DNA from: Candidatus Hydrogenedentota bacterium
GTDB lineage: Bacteria > Hydrogenedentota > Hydrogenedentia > Hydrogenedentales > SLHB01
Length of the DNA stretch: 20,718 nucleotides
Assembly (NCBI GenBank): GCA_029974275.1
Contig: JARKSN010000195.1
Span: 1 to 20,718, forward strand
Reading direction: 5' to 3'
How positions within the stretch are numbered: the stretch's first letter is position 1; every line of letters begins with the position of its first letter. Shown here piece after piece: positions 14,301 through 20,718 of this stretch. The notes beneath the pieces are model-generated. The model was not told the DNA's origin and ran no database searches. It saw nothing but the letters and a program-made list of their open reading frames with translations. Position numbers and translations under genes: made by a program.

Positions 14301-17300
14301 CGCCTGAGCCCGAAGCCAGGGAAATGCCCAACGAGCCGTCGCCGCCGATATCCGTCAGGCGAATGGTCCGCGTCGTTATGCCCGTAAGCGCATTCGGAGC
14401 CGCGCCGCCCGGCAGCACGTTCTTTGTGCCGGCAGCCGTGCCCGTTGCGTTCACCGAGACGAGGCTCAACAACGTCGCGTCATTCACGACGCTCGCCATG
14501 CCTTGGTAGCTGATCGTGAAGTCCACGATTCCGGCTTTGACGGGGCCTGCCGGAGCGGGACCGCTAATGGAAACCGATGGGGCGTTGTTTTCCACCTTGC
14601 ATGTGGCGCTGGGGCCGACCGCGGCGGACAAGTTCAACGCGGCATCGCTGGCTGCGCCTTGGTTGACGCTGATGCCCAGCGTGCCGTTCCCCTGAACGCT
14701 CGTAATGGCGATCGTGCAGGTCGCTGTGCCGCTCATGTCGATGTTGCCCGAACGCGACGTCACGCTCAACGCGCCCGTCGCGCTGCCGGTGGCGTTCAGG
14801 GATACGTACGTGTTGACGGTGGGAACGTCCAGATTGACCAGATCGCCGCTCTGGCCGCTGAAGGTCAACACGTATTGGATCGGCCCTGATCCGGTGAGTG
14901 TTGGCGAGGGGCCGCTCGTGATCGAGACCGTCGGCGCGGTCTTGTCAACCGTGAAACTCGTGGAGGCGGAACCGGAATTCCCGGCCACGTCGGTCCCCGA
15001 TACGTTCACGGAAGCGGACCCATTGCTGTCTGAACCGCTCACCACATAGGTGTACACGTAATTGAGACCGCTGCTGGCGCCGCTCTTCGTCGCGGGGTTT
15101 CCGTTGACCGTCACGGTCGGATCGGCGCTTAACGTCTCGGAAGCCGTAAACGAAATGGTCACTGTCGCGCCTTGCTTCGCGTACGCCGGCGCCGCCGTCA
15201 AGGAGGAGAACGTCGGCGCGGTATTGTCCACCGCGAACGCAACGGCCGCCGAGGATCCCAGCGCGGCGTTGGCGGCGTTGTCGCGCGCCGTATTCGCGGG
15301 AATGCTAACGCTTACCTCCGAGGCGCTTCCGGTAATGGACGACAGGGTGATAGTCCGGCTGGAGCCCGATCCGGAGATGGCGATGGAACCCACGGAGACG
15401 CTGCCGTTCTGACTCACGGATACGTCCGTCGACGCCAGGGCGATGGTCGATTCCTGGATGCCGCTCGACACGCCCTCGACGGAGGGATCGCTATAGGTCA
15501 CCGTATAACTCACGGGACCGCCGCGCGTCAACGAAACGCTCGGGGAACCGATCGTCGCCGTCGGCAAGGCGTTGTCCACGGTGAATTCGGCGCTGGGACC
15601 CGCCGCGACGGAACTGTTGCCGGCTCCGTCCGTGGCCGCGCCCGCATCGATCGACAGACGCACCTTGCCGTTGCCCGTGATGCCGGAAATGATGATGGTG
15701 CGGCTTAGGCCGGTGCCGCCAATGGCGCGTTGCGCATTGCTCAAATCCACGCTGCCCGCCGTCTGTTGCAGCGTGACGTATCCCGCACTCGCGCCCGCGC
15801 CGTTCGCCAACGCAATGAGCAAGCTCGAGCTGTTCGCCTCGGTGAAGCTCACCGTGAACGAGACGGTTCCCGACGCGTTCATCGCCGCGGGCGTCGGGCC
15901 TTCCGATATTGTCACCACGGGAGCGACGGTGTCATAGGTCCAACTCAGAATGTTGCTGGGGGCGCAATTGTTTTGCGCGGTATCCTTGGCTCCGCCCGCG
16001 TTCACGCTGATGTCGAACGCACCCTGGCTCGGCACGATCTCGAAGGCATACGAACTGCCCGATCCGGTGAGATTCTGCACCGTGCAATTGGTTGCCGTGA
16101 AACTTGCCGGCGCCGCCAAACCCGTCACCGGCTCGTCAAAGGTCAACGTCACCGGAATGGGAGAAATCTTCGTGTAGCCCAGCGGGACCGACGAACTCAA
16201 TGTGGGCGTCGGGGCCGTATTGTCCACCGGAACCGCCGAACTGGTCACATCCGCCGCGGGACCGCTGTTGCTATTCTGGTCCACGGCGGAGCCGGCCTTC
16301 ACCGTGATGCTCACGTCGCCGTTGCCGCCCGTGATCGGCACCGACACCTGGACCGTCGCCGACGCAGCCGGCAATGCGGGGTTCGGATTGCCCGCCGTGA
16401 CGCTGCCCAGCGTCACGCCCGGCGCATTCACCAGGATGTTTGCGCCTATGGCGCGGTTGATGGTGGAAAGCGCCAAATTATCCGTGTAGGTGATGGTGAA
16501 AACGATCGTGTCGCCCGTCCTTGCATAGGTGCGGTTCGCCGTGATGCTTTGCACCGTCGGGGCTTGATTGTCCAGATTGACGAGCACGCCGCCGCTGTTC
16601 GACGACCACGCGCTCCAGTTGCCCGCTGCATCGCGGCAACGAACCCGTGCGTAGTACGTGGTCGAGTCCACGCCCGTGAACCCATACGTCAATACGGCAA
16701 GGTTGGCATTGTCGAGAATATTGTTGCCGCCTGGGGTCGTGCCGATTTGCACATGGTATCGATCGATGCCACTGCCGCCGATGTCTCCGGGATTGACCCA
16801 ATCGAAGGTCACGTCGAGGCCTGAAGCGGACCCGGTCGGGGCCGCCGGCGTGTTGGGGACGTCGGCGTCATATAGAACCCCGGAAGTCATCGAAGCATAG
16901 GGGCCCGTCATGCCCATGGCGTCTGTCGCGCGCACGCGGCAGAAGTAGGCCGTTCCGCTCGTCCCCGTAAACGGGTTGCTGCTCAAGCCTGGCACGCTGC
17001 CCGAACTCACCACATTCGAGAAAGCCGCATCCGTAGCGATTTGGTAGTCATAGCTCGCCACGCCCGAACCGCTGCCATCCGATGCAGCAGTCCACGTGAA
17101 CGTGATCGCCGTATTGGTCGGGTTCGCTGCGCTCGTAGGCACGCCCGGCGCATCCGGCGCCGTCGTGTCCAGCGTGATGGTGTCTGTCGCATTCGGCGAA
17201 AGGTTGCCCGCCAGATCGATGTAGCGGGCGTAGACCGTTTTCACGCCGTCGCCCGAACTCAGGGTCCACGGCTTGCCGGAAGTGGAATAGGTCTCCGCCG

Positions 17301-18693
17301 TGCTCCATGTCGATCCGTCATTGCTGAACTGCATTTGGTTCACGCCTGACAATGCGTCCGACGCATTCGGCGTCAGAATGACCGACGTAGAGGCAGCATA
17401 CGCATCCCCGGAATTAATCACCACCGCATACGTATTCGGGGCTGTCCGGTCTATCCAGAACGGGCCGCGATGCACGGCGGCGCTCGCGTTGCCCGCATTA
17501 TCGACTGTCCGCACATGGAAGTAATAACTGGTGCCGTCCGACAAGGAAGGACTCGTGTAACTCAGTCCTGTCGTCTCCACCGATGTGTCCGGAGTGGTGG
17601 CGGCGCTCGTGTCCCAGACGTACGAATACCCCGCCACCCCGCTGCCTGAATCCGTTCCCGCGGACCATGTCACGTTCACGGTCGCGCTGTTCGACCACGC
17701 CGAAGGGGCAGGAGAACCGCCTAAATTCGATGGGGCTGCGGGGGCCGTTTGGTCGGCAAAGGAGGCCGTGACAGATTTGTTGCCGTTCATGGTCAGATTT
17801 TGCGGATTGGTCGTGCCCGACAAGGCGCCGGACCAGCCGGTGAAGGTGTATCCGGCGCTGGGGATCGCCTGAACGGATATCACCTCGCCCGAGAGATATG
17901 TACTCCCGCTTGCGGGAGTGACCGAACCGTTGCTTGCGCTCCACGTAAACGTGTAGGACGGGACTGTCACCCCGGCGCTGTTTGCGGAGTAGGACCCATA
18001 ATTACCGACATTATCCCTGGCGCGAACACGCGCGTAATAGGTAGTGCCCTTTGTGCCGGTAAACGAGTAAGAAGTGGTATTGCCAATCCATCCATCGGCG
18101 ACATTGTTGCCACCTGCTGACGTGCCCACTTGGATATAGTAGCCCGCGAGTCCGGACATGCTATCGGACGCTCCACTCCAGCTGAAGGTCACGGTGCTGG
18201 CCGGTGTGCCGCTCACGGAGCCACTCGGCGTCCCCGGCGTGGTGGGCGCGGTGCCGTCGTAATTGAAGTCGGCGGTCACATACCCAGAGGAGTTGCAGAC
18301 AATCTTCACGCGAACTCTGCGGGTGTTGCCAGAAACAAGGTACGATCGAACGGCATTGCCCGTTCGGGTTGCTTGGTACAATTCCCACACAGACCAAGCG
18401 TCTGGCTGAGTGCTGGAATCGGTTCCGCTGGTTTGGAAACTAAAAACCTGCACGTATTCCAAAGTGCCCGTGGCTCTGCCGTAGACCGTGACATTGGGCG
18501 TCGTGGTGCCCGACCATCCGCTGACAAGCCCGTTGATGGTGACGGAGCCAGTGGAATAGTTGGCGTGCGCGGGAACCGCGGCCACGGCCAGCATCAGCGC
18601 CACCCCGATCGCTATCGCCGCTCCCTTCGCGCCTCTCGTGAGCGCGTCGATACGGAACAGAGGCTGTCCCCAGGACTTTTTCCCAGTTTTCAT
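11302..18693 (-). CDS. giant (2463 aa) repetitive cell-surface protein/adhesin: FN3-like, InlB-B-like, Ig-like repeats, DUF5011-like, TSP3-like, C-terminal sorting tail
   Basis: GAGGT RBS; signal peptide ending VPAHA; Ser/Thr/Gly/Ala-rich beta repeats delimited by (V)DNTxP and DxAGN. Also GYTFTGWSG InlB-B-like repeat, DUF5011-like DAGATASDNIDGDIT..GTYTVLYNVTDTAGN, DSDGDGLLD/DTDGDGVSD repeats, and a VPVATP-hydrophobic-RRMRRRR tail. Confidence 0.9.
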   Translation of the reverse strand: MKTGKKSWGQPLFRIDALTRGAKGAAIAIGVALMLAVAAVPAHANYSTGSVTINGLVSGWSGTTTPNVTVYGRATGTLEYVQVFSFQTSGTDSSTQPDAWSVWELYQATRTGNAVRSYLVSGNTRRVRVKIVCNSSGYVTADFNYDGTAPTTPGTPSGSVSGTPASTVTFSWSGASDSMSGLAGYYIQVGTSAGGNNVADGWIGNTTSYSFTGTKGTTYYARVRARDNVGNYGSYSANSAGVTVPSYTFTWSASNGSVTPASGSTYLSGEVISVQAIPSAGYTFTGWSGALSGTTNPQNLTMNGNKSVTASFADQTAPAAPSNLGGSPAPSAWSNSATVNVTWSAGTDSGSGVAGYSYVWDTSAATTPDTSVETTGLSYTSPSLSDGTSYYFHVRTVDNAGNASAAVHRGPFWIDRTAPNTYAVVINSGDAYAASTSVILTPNASDALSGVNQMQFSNDGSTWSTAETYSTSGKPWTLSSGDGVKTVYARYIDLAGNLSPNATDTITLDTTAPDAPGVPTSAANPTNTAITFTWTAASDGSGSGVASYDYQIATDAAFSNVVSSGSVPGLSSNPFTGTSGTAYFCRVRATDAMGMTGPYASMTSGVLYDADVPNTPAAPTGSASGLDVTFDWVNPGDIGGSGIDRYHVQIGTTPGGNNILDNANLAVLTYGFTGVDSTTYYARVRCRDAAGNWSAWSSNSGGVLVNLDNQAPTVQSITANRTYARTGDTIVFTITYTDNLALSTINRAIGANILVNAPGVTLGSVTAGNPNPALPAASATVQVSVPITGGNGDVSITVKAGSAVDQNSNSGPAADVTSSAVPVDNTAPTPTLSSSVPLGYTKISPIPVTLTFDEPVTGLAAPASFTATNCTVQNLTGSGSSYAFEIVPSQGAFDISVNAGGAKDTAQNNCAPSNILSWTYDTVAPVVTISEGPTPAAMNASGTVSFTVSFTEANSSSLLIALANGAGASAGYVTLQQTAGSVDLSNAQRAIGGTGLSRTIIISGITGNGKVRLSIDAGAATDGAGNSSVAAGPSAEFTVDNALPTATIGSPSVSLTRGGPVSYTVTYSDPSVEGVSSGIQESTIALASTDVSVSQNGSVSVGSIAISGSGSSRTITLSSITGSASEVSVSIPANTARDNAANAALGSSAAVAFAVDNTAPTFSSLTAAPAYAKQGATVTISFTASETLSADPTVTVNGNPATKSGASSGLNYVYTYVVSGSDSNGSASVNVSGTDVAGNSGSASTSFTVDKTAPTVSITSGPSPTLTGSGPIQYVLTFSGQSGDLVNLDVPTVNTYVSLNATGSATGALSVTSRSGNIDMSGTATCTIAITSVQGNGTLGISVNQGAASDAALNLSAAVGPSATCKVENNAPSVSISGPAPAGPVKAGIVDFTISYQGMASVVNDATLLSLVSVNATGTAAGTKNVLPGGAAPNALTGITTRTIRLTDIGGDGSLGISLASGSGADFWGVTAAAASSASSVTVDNTPPTISASAPTPSLIATGPATYTITYGGQSQITLASSDVTVVTDSGDAAAGTVTIGGSSGNTRSVTLDNCTGNGSLHIVIGEGTAVDLAGNLAPGIATTASVTVSTAQALTSVGAPSAGFVNDGSGVSFPVTFSNAASALADIGAYVQLNTTGTVPSSGPNAPTVTATGFTTAGGFVTVTNITGDGTLGITILAGAAKDVFDDNLPASSASPTVVVDNTAPTVTVSAASSARAGGSNPTTVLFTVTYADANLDSEGISLAASDVTLLPTGSVGGQVSVSGSGPSTRQIVISNIVGDGELGIAVASGTATDAAGNVAEAPDSPANVLVMSSVPGVTIAGPSLTPTQHGPVTYTVTYVGMKAVNLLTSDVAIATTGTATGTATVSGSGTSTRLITLTGISGDGTVSLSIPSGTGTDWYNDPAPAAASAPVTVDNTQPTVSVSAPSQPKARNGQTVSYTVTYAGADDIVLAATNVTLNKTGSANGTVSVTGSGITARTVTISNITGDGSLGISIDSGTASDLAGNLCASSASSATFEVDNTPPTLSVSGPNPAIANKDRTVTYTVNYSGADLVTLDLARITLLPTGTAAATVTVSGSGTLQRTVTLTNVTGDGTLALSVLPGSAEDSFGNQAAGAASPAVLRADNTAPVITRLGPSSLAQEWTLDYTDAGATASDNIDGDITLRIVTTNPVNVNVPGTYTVLYNVTDTAGNAAVPVTRTVSITQSPSNTAIVTIIGGWAYRDFIKVTVLPGRITSVSRLTITLDREPRFPLEGDAQILNGSCYRVKPETTFVNGSAIGPVQIWFKDENSDGYVDGTRVPVSSLRMGRVNGRTQQIEWMNASLQKAGETSLVANTDVWGIFFLAGVAETSSVPGGDSDGDGLLDSVEDVNGNGVWDHVDAAFPMRWPHEGNETDWQNWDTDGDGVSDGIEVALGTNPLDPDSPPRTGGQPGVPVATPVALLLLATGLGVTGARRMRRRRAAP
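12316..16570 (-). repeat. about 11 diverged ~105-120 aa Ig-like repeats (intragenic)
   Basis: Approximate consensus PTVSxSxPS..GPVTYTVTY..LxxSDVTL..TG..GSG..RTxTxxNITGDGTLGISxxxGxAxDxxGN..VDN, counted by eye from the translation; two Ig-like domains of a different type are interspersed. Confidence 0.8.
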
Positions 18694-18773
18694 GAAATGA
18701 TACCTCGCTTGGTGTTACGGACGCCATGCACTGCTTGACTCTACCCCAGAATAGTCCACCATGAAACGATGTC

Positions 18774-18802
18774 ATTATATCGAGTCGCTCAAAAAAAATC
18801 CA
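18774..18802 (-). promoter_or_regulatory. candidate sigma-70 promoter for the giant surface protein
   Basis: Perfect TATAAT (18779-18774) with weak -35 TGGATT at 17-nt spacing; about 80 nt upstream of the ATG. Confidence 0.5.
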
Positions 18803-18844
18803 CAACGATTTTCATCAATTCGCATATGTCAATACACGAAAAAT

Positions 18845-18866
18845 CGGAAAAATAGTTCTTTTTCCG
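18845..18866. other. 8-bp perfect inverted repeat (operator or weak terminator of the upstream kinase gene)
   Basis: CGGAAAAA-TAGTTC-TTTTTCCG, followed on the minus strand by ATTTTT. Confidence 0.35.
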
Positions 18867-19038
18867 GGACAACTCGCAACGCAAAGGTATTTTTTCCTAC
18901 TATCTGCGGAATTTCACGTACGTAAAACCGATCTGAACCTGACATGGATTTTGTCCAAAATTTGCGCAGCGTTATCAAGCAACGATCGATTCGGAGGGAG
19001 CAAACACACAGAGAAGCGAAGGTAAATCGCCAGGGAGG

Positions 19039-20220
19039 CTACAACAGGGTGATGGGAGACGAAGATTCTTCGAGGATATGCGCTCCTTCCTCGGGCCTCG
19101 CGTTCTTTTTGAGGGTTACCGTGAAGGTGCTTCCCTCATCCGGTTTGCTGGCGACGCGTACGGCGCCGCCGTACAGCGTGGCAAGCTTTTTGACGATGGA
19201 AAGGCCAAGGCCGCTGCCCAGGATGTCGCGGGTTTTGTCGTTCTTGACCCTGAAAAAGTCGGTGAAGAGACGGGCGGTTTCTTCTTGGGTCATGCCGATG
19301 CCGGTGTCGGCGACGGTCACGACTGCCTCGCGATCGCGGTCCTCGATGGAGACTTCGACGGTTCCGTGGTCGCGATTGTATTTGACGGCGTTGGTGACGA
19401 GGTTGTTGAGCATGATCTCCATTTCGCCGCGATCGGCGTTCAACGTCACGGGGACCGTTGCGTGCAGGCGCAGCAGAATGCAGCGGGCATCCGCTTCCGG
19501 TTTGACGGAATCGAGCGCGATTTGGGCTGTTTCGCGCAAATCCACGGGTTCGAATTCGCGCCGTTTTTGGCCCGATTCGATGCGGGTGAGGTCGAGCAGG
19601 TCGTTGATCATTTTGCGCATGTAGCTGGTGCGGTTCGCACACCGCTCGATAACCTGATGATAGACCGCGGGGTCATCGCCCACGGTGTGGTCCTTGAGCA
19701 GATTCAGGTACCCTTCGACGGCGTTCAGGGGGGCCTTGAGTTCGTGCGCCAGCACGGAGATGAACTGGAAACGGACTTGGCGGCGTTCGTGGGCCAGTTT
19801 GCGGGCGTGCCGCGTGAGGAGAAGGTGCTCGGCGGCTTTCAAGACCGTGTTTTTGAGGTCCATTGGGGTGAAGGGCTTGGGGAGGTAATCGTATGATCCT
19901 TTTTTCGTGGCGCGCACCGCGGTCTCGATGGATGCATAGGCCGAGATCATGATTACAAGCATGTCGAGCCCCGTCTCGGCGATTTCGTCGAGGACATCCA
20001 GCCCGCTGATGCCGGGCAATTTATGGTCAAGCAACAGAATATCGGGGGGGCGCTGATGGATGATGGAAAGGGCGGCTTCGCCCGATTCGGCTTGCTCGAC
20101 GTCGAAGCGCACCTCGGATTCCACGGAGAGAATGCTCGGGATATAGTCGCGCAAGGCGCGAGCCACGCCTTGGCGCATGCCGGGCTCGTCGTCGCATATC
20201 AAGACCCGTAAGGTTTCCAT
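19039..20220 (-). CDS. cytoplasmic hybrid histidine kinase (REC-HisKA-HATPase_c)
   Basis: REC with ICDDE, LLDHKLPG and KPF; intact H-box AHELKAPL, N-box NNLVTNAVKYN, G1 DTGIG and G2 GSGLGL; no transmembrane segment. Confidence 0.92.
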   Translation of the reverse strand: METLRVLICDDEPGMRQGVARALRDYIPSILSVESEVRFDVEQAESGEAALSIIHQRPPDILLLDHKLPGISGLDVLDEIAETGLDMLVIMISAYASIETAVRATKKGSYDYLPKPFTPMDLKNTVLKAAEHLLLTRHARKLAHERRQVRFQFISVLAHELKAPLNAVEGYLNLLKDHTVGDDPAVYHQVIERCANRTSYMRKMINDLLDLTRIESGQKRREFEPVDLRETAQIALDSVKPEADARCILLRLHATVPVTLNADRGEMEIMLNNLVTNAVKYNRDHGTVEVSIEDRDREAVVTVADTGIGMTQEETARLFTDFFRVKNDKTRDILGSGLGLSIVKKLATLYGGAVRVASKPDEGSTFTVTLKKNARPEEGAHILEESSSPITLL

Positions 20221-20252
20221 CGCTGTTCCCCGAATCGTCGCCCCCAGCGGCC

Positions 20253-20660
20253 CTACGTGAGCAAACGCTCCACCTCGCGCTTAAGCTGCTCGAAACGAAT
20301 GGGCTTGGCCAGCAGCACATCGGCCTTGATCCACGCGCGCTCTTCTTCGGTTGAGGCGTCAAAATCCATGCCCGTCTCGGTGGCGACGGCGGTCACCATG
20401 ATGATGGGCATGGCGGGCCTCTTTTTCTTCATCTGATAGCACAAGGTGAAGCCTGCGTCCAGATTTTCCATCATGAGATCGACGATGGCCAGATCGGGCT
20501 TGGCGGATTCGAAAGCGCGCATGGCGTCGGCGGCGGTGTTCGCCTCGGCCACGCGGAACCCAGTCGCTTCGAGTTGCAGCCGCTGCTGGAACAAAAAGTC
20601 CTGGTCATCGTCCACCAGCAAGATGGTTTTGGTTTGCTTCGTCGTTTTGGCGTCTTCCAT
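20253..20660 (-). CDS. single-domain response regulator (receiver only)
   Basis: LLVDDD, AIVDLMME, MVTA and KPI motifs; GAGGAAGG RBS; 135 aa with no output domain. Confidence 0.9.
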   Translation of the reverse strand: MEDAKTTKQTKTILLVDDDQDFLFQQRLQLEATGFRVAEANTAADAMRAFESAKPDLAIVDLMMENLDAGFTLCYQMKKKRPAMPIIMVTAVATETGMDFDASTEEERAWIKADVLLAKPIRFEQLKREVERLLT

Positions 20661-20718
20661 GCCTTCCTCTTTCTTTGGTTATCTTGCGCCGTTTTGCGGC
20701 GGCGTTCACGTTTCTAAA

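Noticed and set aside
11302..18693. Giant protein as a cellulosome scaffoldin or an RTX/CdiA toxin
   Set aside because: No recognisable cohesin, GGxGxD nonapeptide, RHS/YD or VENN-toxin architecture; the single VENN string is a repeat linker.
18860..18890. ACGCAAAG, reminiscent of a c-di-GMP-I riboswitch
   Set aside because: Wrong strand for the downstream gene, and the flanking GEMM stem/tetraloop architecture is absent.

Overview
GC-rich bacterial chromosomal window; the dockerin/TSP3/C-terminal-tail style suggests Candidatus Hydrogenedentes or a similar uncultured lineage (inference only). No rRNA, tRNA, CRISPR or mobile element was seen. Left end: a partial GGDEF-like gene missed by the ORF track (minus strand, runs off the window) has a close-to-consensus sigma-54 (-24/-12) promoter. 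It faces away from a coupled operon encoding a REC-GAF-like-histidine pseudokinase (H-box His->Arg, degenerate G boxes) and an NtrC-type sigma-54 activator whose receiver Asp is replaced by Glu. This apparently phosphotransfer-free two-component pair is the most unusual system here. The rest is on the minus strand: a single-domain receiver plus an intact REC-histidine kinase; a 2463-aa FN3/Ig-repeat surface protein with an exosortase-type tail and a terminator; a Pro-linker lipoprotein with two CBM-like domains; a lone GDP-L-fucose synthase; a secreted DUF2961/GH172 glycosidase with TSP3 repeats and a dockerin; and a translationally coupled LOG/SLOG + beta-CASP nuclease pair.
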